Assembly (NCBI GenBank): GCA_039822105.1 | Contig: JBCBMW010000004.1 | Location: 55,418 to 119,417, forward strand | Direction: 5' to 3' | DNA length: 64,000 nucleotides | Origin: Pseudomonadota bacterium | GTDB lineage: Bacteria; Pseudomonadota; Alphaproteobacteria; Caulobacterales; Parvularculaceae | Shown here: one piece after another, positions 39,320 through 48,475 of the stretch | Layout: each line of letters opens with the position of its first letter | Numbering within the stretch: position 1 is the first letter of the stretch | Position numbers and translations under genes: made by a program | Notes under the pieces: generated by a model | Told to the model about the DNA's origin: nothing | What the model saw: the letters and a program-made list of their open reading frames with translations, nothing else | Database searches by the model: none

Positions 39320-40258
39320 TCAGACGGCCGCCCCGCGGAAGCGAGGCAGGGCCAGGCCTGCCGCCGTCGGCACGTTGGAGAGCGGCGTGGCCCGATAAAG
39401 TGCGGCAGGGCGCCCGCCGGTGGCTTGCACGCTCGTGTTGGTCTTTTCCACAAGTCCCGCCGTTTCGACGGAGCGGCGGAAATTCTGCTTGTGAATGTCG
39501 AACCCGAGAAGCGCTTCCACGCCTTCTTGCAACTCGCGCAAGGTGAATTCCTCACCCATCAGTTTGAAGATGACAGGGCGGTAGCGCAGCTTTCCGCGAA
39601 GCCTGCCAATGGCGGTCGCGAGGATGCGGCGGTGGTCGGAGATCATGGCTTTGCCGTGAAGGACGGGCCCCTCGACGCCGTCGCGGTCCCGGTGCGCCTC
39701 GGCCACAAGCCGCGCCTCATACATCAGCTCATAGCGGTCGAGGGCGCGCTCTTCCTCCCAACCGCTCTCTTCCGTGCCGAAGGCGGTATCGATCCGGCGT
39801 TCCAAGACCTCGTCGCCGTCGGCCCAGCGTCTCAACTCACCGGCAATGTCGGCGCAGCTCCTGATCTTGCCCTCGCGCCGGTCCTCCCAAGGGAAGAAGG
39901 TCGACCAGCGGCGCCACGCGGCGCTTTCGAGGCTCGGGGCTAACGCTTCTGGGGAGAGCGCGAGATAACCCACGGAGACGATCCGGTCGGCCTCATCACC
40001 CGACACGAGGCTGGCGCGCGGCGCCTCGCGGCCTTTGTCGCCAAAGGTGTAGAGCTGCTCGACATAACCGAGCGGCAAGGCGGTTTGCCGCTCCACGAAA
40101 TCCCTCAGCGCCAGCTCAAATGTGCGGTGGTCCTCGGGATCAAAACGGCCAAAGGGCAGGCCCCAACCGCCCGGGCGTTTGACGCACAGCACCAGGGGCT
40201 CACCGTCTCTTACCGCGGCAAGCACCACATTGAGCCCAATGACGAGCCGTCTCTCCAT
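39320..40258 (-). CDS. nadQ: Nudix-fold transcriptional regulator of NAD synthesis (NadQ/NrtR family)
   Basis: [22 protein letters not shown]...[48 protein letters not shown] wHTH. Directly upstream of nadABC. Confidence 0.8.
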   Translation of the reverse strand: MERRLVIGLNVVLAAVRDGEPLVLCVKRPGGWGLPFGRFDPEDHRTFELALRDFVERQTALPLGYVEQLYTFGDKGREAPRASLVSGDEADRIVSVGYLALSPEALAPSLESAAWRRWSTFFPWEDRREGKIRSCADIAGELRRWADGDEVLERRIDTAFGTEESGWEEERALDRYELMYEARLVAEAHRDRDGVEGPVLHGKAMISDHRRILATAIGRLRGKLRYRPVIFKLMGEEFTLRELQEGVEALLGFDIHKQNFRRSVETAGLVEKTNTSVQATGGRPAALYRATPLSNVPTAAGLALPRFRGAAV

Positions 40259-40297
40259 GCCCCTCCGATTGGATGGCAGATGACACCACCGCAAGCC

Positions 40298-40882
40298 CTA
40301 ACGGGCAAGCTCTTCGAAACGACTAAGATACAGCGCCTGGCTCTCCTCGGTGGACAGGATGTCGATTGACAGCGGCTCGATGGCTTTGGGCAGGGGAAAG
40401 AGTTTCTTCGCTTCGTCCACGGAGAAGCCTGCAATCTGTGTGGCCTCGAAATAGGCGCAAGCCCGATCGGCCTTCTTGATCGTCTTCTCGACGTGCTCAG
40501 GAAGCTCAGCAGGCAAGCCAAACCGGATATGGATCGCGCGTTGAAGGCCTGCCTCGACCTTCTTGTAATTCCCTCCGAGTACGGCCTTAAACGGTGAGAT
40601 CATGTCGCCGATGACATATTCCGGTGCGTCGTGGAGGAGGGCGGCGAGACGCCACTCACGCTTCCAGTCCGGCTTCATCTGGATGCACATATCCGTGACG
40701 ATCACCGAGTGTTGGGCGACGTTGAAGGGAACATGCCCCGTGGTCTGACCATTCCACCGCGCCACGCGCGCGAGGCCATGGGCAATATCCTCCACCTCCA
40801 CATCAAGCGGCGAGGGATCCAAGATATCAAGACGGCGGCCCGACAGCATCCGCTGCCAAGCTCGAGGGGCGTTGGTGGTCAT
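40298..40882 (-). CDS. HD-domain phosphohydrolase (YfbR-like)
   Basis: RAWQRMLSGRRLD, DIAHGLARVARWNGQT, VAQHS, LLHDAPEYVIGDMISPFK. Confidence 0.9.
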   Translation of the reverse strand: MTTNAPRAWQRMLSGRRLDILDPSPLDVEVEDIAHGLARVARWNGQTTGHVPFNVAQHSVIVTDMCIQMKPDWKREWRLAALLHDAPEYVIGDMISPFKAVLGGNYKKVEAGLQRAIHIRFGLPAELPEHVEKTIKKADRACAYFEATQIAGFSVDEAKKLFPLPKAIEPLSIDILSTEESQALYLSRFEELAR

Positions 40883-40937
40883 CGGGGTGCGTTAGCTGAG
40901 CACTGCTGCTTTCGCTACGCCCGTCGCGGTTGGGAAG

Positions 40938-40990
40938 TTGACTCACAACCAAAGTTCCTTTAGTTATCATGATAACCAAAGGAACTGGTT
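40938..40990 (+). promoter_or_regulatory. Promoter with 34-bp near-perfect palindromic operator upstream of ABM-marR
   Basis: TTGACT (40938-40943)-N17-TAGTTA. Palindrome AGTTCCTTT-a-GTTATCATGATAAC-c-AAAGGAACT (40953-40986) with one mismatched pair. Confidence 0.75.
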
Positions 40991-41284
40991 ATGGATCAGC
41001 GTCTCTTCGTGTGGGCTTGCATTGAGCCGAAGCCTGAGCATTTTGATGATGCACGGGATGCTATTGCATCGATTGTCTCACCGACGCGGAAGGAGGCAGG
41101 GTGCTATCGCTTTGATCTCTTGTGCGGCGAGGGCGATGGGTGCCTCTATCTCTATGAGGAGTGGACCGACGAAAGTGCGCTTGCCGAGCATTATGCCCAA
41201 GCTTACACGCGGACCGTTTTTGAAAAGTACAAAGAGTGGTTGGCGAAGCCAGTGGAGATCAAGAGGCTTCGGGCTTTGTCCTGA
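40991..41284 (+). CDS. Antibiotic biosynthesis monooxygenase (putative quinol monooxygenase) family protein
   Basis: TRKEAGCYRFDL...YLYEEWTDESALAEHY pattern, 97 aa. Confidence 0.88.
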   Translation: MDQRLFVWACIEPKPEHFDDARDAIASIVSPTRKEAGCYRFDLLCGEGDGCLYLYEEWTDESALAEHYAQAYTRTVFEKYKEWLAKPVEIKRLRALS

Positions 41285-41298
41285 GAGAGCGCAGCCTG

Positions 41299-41727
41299 AT
41301 GTTTTTTCTCAAAGAGCTTCCGACGCTTCAAATGATCGAAGGTTACGGCGAGCATTTTCCGGCGCATGGCGCTCAACAGGTTCTCAGCAAACTGACATTC
41401 TTGCGCGAGGCGAGTTTGCTGCAAAGGCGCCTCGACACGTATTTCAGCGAGCACGGGTTTTCGCAACTCCGCTTCCTCGCGCTTGTGGTTATTGATCGCG
41501 AGATTGAGCGAGATGAGCTGTCGCACGGCGAGATCACGGAGCGGTTGGACGTCTCGAAGCCGGTGGTCACCCGGACGCTGAACAGTCTGACGGACGAAGG
41601 CTTACTGCGTGTGAGCCGCCGGGAGCAGGACGGCCGCACGAAGGTCTTCGAGCTGACGCAGCAGGGCCGGAAGAAGCTTGCCCATGTTTTTCCCGGCTAT
41701 TTCGCCATCCTCCATGCCGATGGATAA
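41299..41727 (+). CDS. MarR family transcriptional regulator
   Basis: LSHGEITERLDVSKPVVTRTLNSLTDEGLLR...DGRTKVFELTQQG. ATG 41299. Confidence 0.9.
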   Translation: MFFLKELPTLQMIEGYGEHFPAHGAQQVLSKLTFLREASLLQRRLDTYFSEHGFSQLRFLALVVIDREIERDELSHGEITERLDVSKPVVTRTLNSLTDEGLLRVSRREQDGRTKVFELTQQGRKKLAHVFPGYFAILHADG

Positions 41728-41744
41728 GCGGCGTCAGCGGCCAA

Positions 41745-42605
41745 TCACTCCACCGTCAAAAACGCGTGTTCGCCTGCTTTGTCGCCGAAGATCTTCTCCG
41801 GCGGGGCGATCTCAAGGCCTTTGCCGGGCGGGGTGGGTTCGGAGTAAAAGCCGAGGACGTAACCGCCTTTGGTGTAGCCCATCAGGGCACGGAGCTCTGG
41901 CGAGAGTTCCTTCGCCAGCTCCGGCGGGCAGGAGAGGTATTGGTTTTCCTCCTGACGCAGCCAGTTGAGGGTGTAGTGGAGAAGGACGCCGAGGCGCGGG
42001 GTGTCCGTCTGGTTCGCGCCGCCGCCATGCACCACGGTGCCGGTGTAGACGAGGACCGAGCCCGCTTTCATCTCGGCCGCGATCACTTCATCGGGTTGCG
42101 GCTGGCGACCTTTCTCCCACGTGTGAGAGCCGGGTACGATCCGGGTCGCGCCGTTCTCTTCTGTAAAGTCCGTGATCGCCCAAATCGTGCTCAGCTGCGT
42201 TTCGATCGAACGCGGCACATATTTGCCCCAAACGCTCCGATCACGGTGGAGATCTTGGCCGCCTTCACCTGGGCCAATGCTGACCGCTTGGGTGAAGTGC
42301 ATCTGATAGCCGTCGCAGAAGGGGTGCAAAAACTTAGCGCAAACTCCGTTGACCAGCGGATCAACCGCCAGTTCCCGACAAGCCGGGGAGCGCGCCATCA
42401 GGGCGCCAATGCGCGTCGTCTTGAACCCAGCAAACTCGTCCGCACCTTGACGGCCTTGGGTGACATAAGGATCGATGTCGCCTTTGATCGCCTCAAGCTG
42501 CCCATCTGAGAGAACGCCATCAATGATCAGTCCCGCGTCCTCCTCAAGCGCCGCGAGCATCTCCTCAATCGGATCGGTTGGCCTAAAATGCTTGAGTTCT
42601 GGCAT
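41745..42605 (-). CDS. Phytanoyl-CoA dioxygenase (PhyH) family Fe(II)/2OG oxygenase
   Basis: Q.LHRD facial triad start, WAITDFTEENGATRIVPGSH, VVHGGGAN, WLRQEENQY. Confidence 0.9.
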   Translation of the reverse strand: MPELKHFRPTDPIEEMLAALEEDAGLIIDGVLSDGQLEAIKGDIDPYVTQGRQGADEFAGFKTTRIGALMARSPACRELAVDPLVNGVCAKFLHPFCDGYQMHFTQAVSIGPGEGGQDLHRDRSVWGKYVPRSIETQLSTIWAITDFTEENGATRIVPGSHTWEKGRQPQPDEVIAAEMKAGSVLVYTGTVVHGGGANQTDTPRLGVLLHYTLNWLRQEENQYLSCPPELAKELSPELRALMGYTKGGYVLGFYSEPTPPGKGLEIAPPEKIFGDKAGEHAFLTVE

Positions 42606-42638
42606 CGTCTTTCTCCCATTTCGCCGGCCAGTTTGTTG

Positions 42639-42938
42639 TTAGCAGCCGGTCTCGTATCTGGTTGTGAGAACGAAGGTTATCGCACCGGCCCACACCAGTA
42701 AAATAATGCTCCGTACAACGTAGCTGGCCGTCCGGATCAGCTTGCTATCCGAGCGAACGAGTGACAGCCAGGTGACGAGCGCGATGACACCGGCCACACG
42801 CGATGTCCGGTCGAATAGGGCAGGTTCAGGGATACCTTCCCCACAAATCGATGGAAGGTACGGAATTGTGAAAACGAGAGCGCAGGCGAAGATAAGAACG
42901 GACAGCGTCTCAATGAGCCATCCGTATGCGTCGCCCAC
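42639..42938 (-). CDS. Small hypothetical membrane protein (about 3 TM)
   Basis: 99-aa ORF exactly filling the gap between the fabH-like gene and phyH, with three hydrophobic stretches. No family recognised. Confidence 0.55.
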   Translation of the reverse strand: MGDAYGWLIETLSVLIFACALVFTIPYLPSICGEGIPEPALFDRTSRVAGVIALVTWLSLVRSDSKLIRTASYVVRSIILLVWAGAITFVLTTRYETGC

Positions 42939-42941
42939 GGC

Positions 42942-44057
42942 CTAGCAGGCCCTCACGATAATGGAGCCTGCGGAGTATCCGGCGCCAAAGCCTGAGATCA
43001 CCCCGAGCGCACCGGCCTCCATGTCATCTTTATGCTTATGGAAGGCGATGATCGAACCTGCCGACGAGGTGTTGGCGTACTCATCGAGCACAACGGGCGC
43101 CTCTTCGCGGGAAGGGTCGCGGCCGAGGAGTTTCTTGGCGATCAACAGGTTCATGTTGAGGTTGGCCTGGTGCAGCCAGAAGCGTTGCACCTCGGCCTTA
43201 TCAAGCCCTTCGGCCTCCAAGTGCTCACCGATCATGGCGGCGACCATGGGGACGACCTCTTTGAAAACAGCGCGTCCTTGTTGTTTAAAGAGTTTATCCG
43301 TACGGGGATCATCCGTATCAATTGAGCCGTCTTCGGTGTGGTTCAGGAAGCCAAAATTGTTGCGGATGTTGTTCGAGAACTCAGTTTTGAGGCGTGTGGA
43401 GAGGATGTCGAACGAGCCTTCCGGTGCATCGCCCTCAGGCTGGCTGATGATCATCGCGGTGGCGACGTCGCCAAAGATGAAATGCCCGTCGCGATCTTTG
43501 AAATTGATATGGCCGGTGCAGATCTCCGGATTGACCATCAGCACACGGCGCGCACCTGTGCTGAGGAGACCCACCGCTGTCTGGATACCGAACGACGCGC
43601 TGGCGCAGGCCACGTTCATGTCAAAGGCGTAGCCTTCAATGCCGAGGCCGTCTTGGATCTCGACCGCCATCGCCGGGTATTGGCGCTGCATGTTCGAGGC
43701 GGCGCAGATCACCGCGTCGATGTCAGCAGCGGTGAGGCTCGCGGCGGCCATAGCTTCGCGCGCCGCGGCGACACCGATCTCAGCCATCACCGATAGCTCG
43801 TCATTGCTGCGGGCGGGAATACTGGGGCGCATCCGCTCGGGGTCGAGGGAGCCTTCTTTGTCGATCACGAAGCGCGACTTGATGCCCGAGGCCTTCTCAA
43901 TGAACTCCGCGGAGGAAGGCTCGAACGGGTTGTCCGGGTTTTTGGCGTTCCAACGCTCGACGAACGTATTGTACGCTTCGACGAGTTCTTCGTTCGAAAT
44001 GCTGTTCGGCGGCGTGTAGAGTCCAGTGGAGAGGATCCGAGCGATCGCGGGTTTCAT
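42942..44057 (-). CDS. fabH: Beta-ketoacyl-ACP synthase III, long-chain-acyl-CoA-primed (PA3286-like) type
   Basis: GLYTPPNSISNEELV, FIEKASGIKSR, catalytic DMNVACAS, WLHQAN, ANTSSAG. ATG 44057. Confidence 0.88.
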   Translation of the reverse strand: MKPAIARILSTGLYTPPNSISNEELVEAYNTFVERWNAKNPDNPFEPSSAEFIEKASGIKSRFVIDKEGSLDPERMRPSIPARSNDELSVMAEIGVAAAREAMAAASLTAADIDAVICAASNMQRQYPAMAVEIQDGLGIEGYAFDMNVACASASFGIQTAVGLLSTGARRVLMVNPEICTGHINFKDRDGHFIFGDVATAMIISQPEGDAPEGSFDILSTRLKTEFSNNIRNNFGFLNHTEDGSIDTDDPRTDKLFKQQGRAVFKEVVPMVAAMIGEHLEAEGLDKAEVQRFWLHQANLNMNLLIAKKLLGRDPSREEAPVVLDEYANTSSAGSIIAFHKHKDDMEAGALGVISGFGAGYSAGSIIVRAC

Positions 44058-44117
44058 AGGGCCTCGCAGTGATTTTCTATAGGTCTTGCTCCCCGTTCTC
44101 GCCGGTTTCAACCGTCT

Positions 44118-44681
44118 TCACGACTTGCGATTGGCTCTCCAGTAGAGAAACCCGAACGGAATGAGACCGAGAACAAATCCCTTGAGGAAAGCTGGCGCGG
44201 TTTTGAGGATCACAAGATTGGCATCAATGTCGTGCCGGTGGTTCCAGAATTCGACAACCTTACGGTCCTCGATTGTCAACACATTGATGATGGGCAGTGT
44301 TGAGTTGCCCACCATGACATGGCCCACGAGGTTGGTGGGCTGGGTGGTGAGTGTCCAACGTGTTGCCACCCGCTCGCAGTCCGCAACCATGAATTGGATT
44401 TCGCCAGACAGGAGGGCGTTACTGTGGAAAAGGTCGGCAATGGCCTTCTGCTCGATCGCTTCCTCGGTCACGCCTTTGCGCTCGCCGATATCCCAGACCT
44501 TATAGGTCTCAGCCACATACTCAGTGTAGCGATCTGTGTTGTTAGAGAGCCATAGGTCCTGATAGAAACCGCGCGCAATCTCTTTGTTCGTCTCGATTTG
44601 TTCGTCTGTACAGGTCTCTTGTGCGCTAGCGATTCCGATCGCCGCAAGAAACGTGGCAATCACTGCTTCTTTGATACGCAT
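44118..44681 (-). CDS. SnoaL/NTF2-like ester cyclase-family protein with signal peptide and C-terminal TM helix
   Basis: IETNKEIARGFY, MVADCERVATRW, IEDRKVVEFW. Hydrophobic N- and C-termini. Confidence 0.7.
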   Translation of the reverse strand: MRIKEAVIATFLAAIGIASAQETCTDEQIETNKEIARGFYQDLWLSNNTDRYTEYVAETYKVWDIGERKGVTEEAIEQKAIADLFHSNALLSGEIQFMVADCERVATRWTLTTQPTNLVGHVMVGNSTLPIINVLTIEDRKVVEFWNHRHDIDANLVILKTAPAFLKGFVLGLIPFGFLYWRANRKS

Positions 44682-44727
44682 GCAATTCTCCCTCGTTTCG
44701 CTGCTTTAGCAGGGCAAAGAGCGAGCG

Positions 44728-45303
44728 CTAAGCACCGTAGGCAGTCGCGATCTCTTGGTGGCGCGGACAACTGACGAGATGGTCGTTGACCATCCCGACA
44801 GCTTGGCAAAATGCGTAGACGATCACCGGGCCACAAAAGACAAAACCGCGCTTTTTGAGGTCTTTTGAGAGCTTCTCGCTCATCGGCGTCTTCGCAGGCA
44901 CCTCGGCCATGGTCTCGAAGTGATTCACGTGGGGCGCGCCACCAACATAGGACCAAAGCCACTCGGAAAAACTCTCGGTCTCCATGATCTTGAGGTAGGC
45001 ATGGGCGTTTTTGATCGTGCCCTGGATTTTGCTGCGTGAGCGGACGATGCCGGCATTGCCGAGCAGCTCTTCGACCTTATCCTCGCCATAGCCAGCGATG
45101 ACGTCGGGCTCGAAACCGTCAAACGCCTCGCGGAAATTGTCCCGCTTGTAGAGAATGGTGCGCCAGCTGAGGCCTGCCTGAAAACCGTCCAGGATCAGCT
45201 TCTCAAAGAGCGCCCGGTTGTCAAACTCGGGCACGCCCCATTCCTCGTCGTGATAGGCCTCGTAGACCGCATCTCCAGGGGTGGCCCAGGGACAGCGGGT
45301 CAC
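44728..45303 (-). CDS. tag: DNA-3-methyladenine glycosylase I
   Basis: RCPWA, YHDEEWGVP, LILDGFQAGLSW, GIVRSRSKI, GMVNDHLVSC. Confidence 0.96.
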   Translation of the reverse strand: MTRCPWATPGDAVYEAYHDEEWGVPEFDNRALFEKLILDGFQAGLSWRTILYKRDNFREAFDGFEPDVIAGYGEDKVEELLGNAGIVRSRSKIQGTIKNAHAYLKIMETESFSEWLWSYVGGAPHVNHFETMAEVPAKTPMSEKLSKDLKKRGFVFCGPVIVYAFCQAVGMVNDHLVSCPRHQEIATAYGA

Positions 45304-46100
45304 TGGACGTAATCGGGTGTACGGATCTTCACCCGCAGGTCGTACCCATCAATGAGCGCCATGGCCTCATCGCCGTCGAGCCGGTCCATCCGCATGATGG
45401 CGAGACCTTCGCCTGCGATCATAGAAGACACCGTTCCGACCACGCCCGACTTTTGGCGCAAGGAGGTGCCGCGCGGCAGATCTTTATCGAGATAGACCTG
45501 AAGCGTCCGCTTACGGATCTCACCTTTGCGCTTCATACGAGACGCGACCTCTTGTCCGACAAAGCAGCCCTTTTTGTAGTCGATGCCGCCCTGAAGATCG
45601 ATGTTGACGTCGGTTGGGAAGACATCGCCTGACATATAGTCAAGGCCGAACTCGGGAATGCCCCGCTTACGGAGCATCATGAAATAACTCGGGCTCTTCG
45701 GTCCACTGACCATCGGCCCAAGCTCGAACCAGCGCTTGCCGAGGCCCTCAAGCCGAGGATCGTCGCTGGCATTGTCCGGCGCTTCTTCCGGCGGGCCGAC
45801 AAAGACACCGCCAGGCACTTTCTCAAATGAGACCCTCGCTCGCATCCGGTAAGAGTTGAGCGATTTCACCAGGTGCTGCCCACGTCCCGCAAAGCAATCA
45901 ATGACAAAACCATTGGTCAGCTTATGCAGGAACATGGTGTCCACCACCTTGCCCTGCGGGGTCAGAATGCAATTGAAGCGGATCTCGCCGGGCTGCGCGC
46001 CAGCGACCGTCGCTGCCAAGACAGTATCGAGCAGCGCGGCAGCGTCAGGTCCCTGCACAGAGATGATGTCTCGCGCGAGGATCGTCGGTTTAAAAGTCAT
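45300..46100 (-). CDS. ygfZ: YgfZ/GcvT-like folate-binding protein (Fe-S cluster repair)
   Basis: ILTPQGKV, KGCFVGQEVASRMKRKG signature. Confidence 0.9.
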   Translation of the reverse strand: MTFKPTILARDIISVQGPDAAALLDTVLAATVAGAQPGEIRFNCILTPQGKVVDTMFLHKLTNGFVIDCFAGRGQHLVKSLNSYRMRARVSFEKVPGGVFVGPPEEAPDNASDDPRLEGLGKRWFELGPMVSGPKSPSYFMMLRKRGIPEFGLDYMSGDVFPTDVNIDLQGGIDYKKGCFVGQEVASRMKRKGEIRKRTLQVYLDKDLPRGTSLRQKSGVVGTVSSMIAGEGLAIMRMDRLDGDEAMALIDGYDLRVKIRTPDYVQ

Positions 46101-46438
46101 AGATCAGGCAGCCCAACTTCTTCCACAGGGGTAGAGCGCCCGACAGCTTCGAGCTCCACCTCATGGTTTCCAGCACCAACCGGGATCAGCAGCTGAATAG
46201 GCTTGTAGCCCTCTTTGCCCACGGTCACCTCGACCGCCATGGCATAGTCCACGCGGCACGGCGTGCGGCACACGCCGCGCGGGTGAGCCAAACTGGCATC
46301 GGTCGGTGTCGAGGAGATAATGGGCCCAGCCGGCGCATCAATGCTGCCGCGTGCCCAACCCACTCCTTCAGGAACACCTGTCTCGCAAGCCGCAAGGCTC
46401 ACCGCGATCACCATCAAGCCCTTCTTCACGCTTCTCAC
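46097..46438 (-). CDS. Small lipoprotein with PEGA-like domain
   Basis: Lipobox LAAC. ISSTPTDASL...CRTPC...VTVGKEGYKP resembles PEGA repeats. Overlaps both neighbours. Confidence 0.6.
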   Translation of the reverse strand: MRSVKKGLMVIAVSLAACETGVPEGVGWARGSIDAPAGPIISSTPTDASLAHPRGVCRTPCRVDYAMAVEVTVGKEGYKPIQLLIPVGAGNHEVELEAVGRSTPVEEVGLPDL

Positions 46439-47577
46439 TCCCGAGCTGCAGTATGGAACGCTTTCGCTAAATCTGTGGTTAAGTCGCCCATGTCTTCAAG
46501 CCCCGCGTGGAAACGCAAGAGCTGGCCGTCGTCTTCCCAGGGCACTGCGCTACGGCAGGTGTTGGGCCAGGCAGGCAGGCACAGGCTCTCATAGCCGCCC
46601 CAGCTGTAGCCGAGGCCAAAAAGGTTGAGCGCGTTAATGAACGCCGCTGTGTGGGCTTTGTCGCCCCGCTCCAAAACCACAGAAAAAAGACCGCTGGCGC
46701 CGGTGAAGTCTCGCTTGAAGAGAGCGTGCTGCGGATGGCTTTCAAGCCCGGGATGAAGGACGCGTTTCACCTCGGGCCGGTCCTCAAGCCACCGCGCGAG
46801 GGCCAGGCCTTGCGTCTCATGGGCCTTGAGCCGGGTGGGGAGCGTCCTGATCCCCTTGAGGATCGCATAGACATCGTCCGGTGAGGTCTGGTTTCCCAGC
46901 AGCGTCGCTTCTGCCTTGATCTTTTTCCCAAGCGCCTTGCTGGTCGCGATGGTGCCGAGGAAAGCATCCGAGTGCCCGCCCATATACTTGGTCGATGACT
47001 GCACGCTGATCGACACCCCGAGGGCGAGGGGTTTGAGGAAGTATCCTGCGCCCCAGGTGTTGTCGATCGACACCGGAATGTCTCCCGCTGCTTTGACTAT
47101 CGCGGGCAGGTCCTGGATCTCAAACGTCAGCGACCCTGGGCTTTCGGTGTGGATCAGGGTCGTCTCGGGACGGATCAAATCGCCAATGCCTTCGCCGATC
47201 AAAGGATCATAGTAGCGGACGCTGACGCCGCGTTTCATCAAGAAATGATCGCAAAAGCTCCGTACCGGGTCGTAAGCGGTATCGGTCACCAGGATGTCGT
47301 CACCAGGTCTTGCGAAGCTCAGAAGTGTCAGGTTCACCGCTGAGAGGCCAGAGCTTGTGAGGATCACGTCTTCTGCGCCTTCAAGACCGGCGACAGCTTC
47401 TTTCAGCGCATCATGGGTATCGGTGCCATGCCGGCCGTAATAGCGAGGGCGAGGGCGCGCCACGAAGCTTTCAAAGTCGGGGAAGAGGACGGTTGACCCT
47501 CTTTCCACGGATGGGTTGACCATCCGGACGCCATCATGGGGGCGGGCACCGTGACACAGTTTGGTTTCGTCTTTCAT
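46435..47577 (-). CDS. metC: Cystathionine beta-lyase
   Basis: VNPSVERGSTVLF, YYGRHGT, ESPGSLTFE, DNTWGA, STKYMGGHSD, SWGGYESL, RFHAGLED. ATG 47577. Confidence 0.93.
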   Translation of the reverse strand: MKDETKLCHGARPHDGVRMVNPSVERGSTVLFPDFESFVARPRPRYYGRHGTDTHDALKEAVAGLEGAEDVILTSSGLSAVNLTLLSFARPGDDILVTDTAYDPVRSFCDHFLMKRGVSVRYYDPLIGEGIGDLIRPETTLIHTESPGSLTFEIQDLPAIVKAAGDIPVSIDNTWGAGYFLKPLALGVSISVQSSTKYMGGHSDAFLGTIATSKALGKKIKAEATLLGNQTSPDDVYAILKGIRTLPTRLKAHETQGLALARWLEDRPEVKRVLHPGLESHPQHALFKRDFTGASGLFSVVLERGDKAHTAAFINALNLFGLGYSWGGYESLCLPAWPNTCRSAVPWEDDGQLLRFHAGLEDMGDLTTDLAKAFHTAARE

Positions 47578-48119
47578 CCGTACCACTCAATCACGCCGGT
47601 GGCTCTATCGTAAATGCTGAAGCCTTCGCGCTGGTAGAGCTGCAAAGCGCGGGGGCTGTCGAGGCTACAGGTTTCAATCCGCACACGGCGCGGCGTGAAG
47701 GACCAGGCGAGCCGGGTCGTCTCACGGAAAAACCAGCGTCCAAGGCCGAGGCCCTGGGCTTCTGGCAGAAGGCCAAAGAACCGGATCACGATGTTCTCTT
47801 TATCTTTCGCATCAATCTCGCTGTAGCCCATAGGAGAGCCATTCATTAGCAGGGGATAGATGTGGATATCGTCGTGATGGATCAGCGCCTGAAGCTCCGT
47901 ATCCGGCAGGTAGCGCCGCGAGACCCAGCGATGCTTCTCGCCCACCCCGTTGAAGAGGAAGCGGTAGTAACCCACGGGCGGCTTCTCCGCTCGCATCACG
48001 GCGAGCTTCTTGCCTGGCGTTGCGATTGGCATCAGCACCTTTGGGGCGTCTTGCTCGAGATACTGGATCGTCACCTCGTGGCGTTCGAGGGGCTCTGGGG
48101 CTTTGATCGTCGCGCTCAT
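47574..48119 (-). CDS. GNAT family N-acetyltransferase
   Basis: FFGLLPEAQGLGLGRW acetyl-CoA motif, ETCSLDSPRALQLYQREGF. Confidence 0.9.
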   Translation of the reverse strand: MSATIKAPEPLERHEVTIQYLEQDAPKVLMPIATPGKKLAVMRAEKPPVGYYRFLFNGVGEKHRWVSRRYLPDTELQALIHHDDIHIYPLLMNGSPMGYSEIDAKDKENIVIRFFGLLPEAQGLGLGRWFFRETTRLAWSFTPRRVRIETCSLDSPRALQLYQREGFSIYDRATGVIEWYG

Positions 48120-48475
48120 GCCATCCGCATCCCGTTGGGCACCGGCTGATCCGGCCCGGCCAAGACAATAGCACCATCAGCGTCGGCAAAGCCAAGCACC
48201 AAGACTTCGGACATGAACGGGCCGATCTGGCGCGGCGGGAAATTGACCACGGCCATCACTTGCCGGCCGACCAGGGTCTCCGGCGCATAATGAACTGTGA
48301 TTTGCGCCGAAGACTTCTTGATCCCGACGTTCTCGCCGAAATCGATCTTCATCTTGATCGCGGGTTTCCGCGCCTCGGGGAAGGGCGCGGCCTCAACGAC
48401 CATCCCCACACGGACATCCACCTCCATGAAGGTGTCGAAGGTTGTTTGCCCTGTGAGGGTATCGTCCTTGGTCAT
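48116..48475 (-). CDS. csaA: CsaA-like tRNA-binding/chaperone protein
   Basis: FMEVDVRVG, FPEARKPAIKM.IDFG, SSAQIT.HY, VVNFPPRQIGPFMSEVLVLG. ATG 48475. Confidence 0.92.
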   Translation of the reverse strand: MTKDDTLTGQTTFDTFMEVDVRVGMVVEAAPFPEARKPAIKMKIDFGENVGIKKSSAQITVHYAPETLVGRQVMAVVNFPPRQIGPFMSEVLVLGFADADGAIVLAGPDQPVPNGMRMA

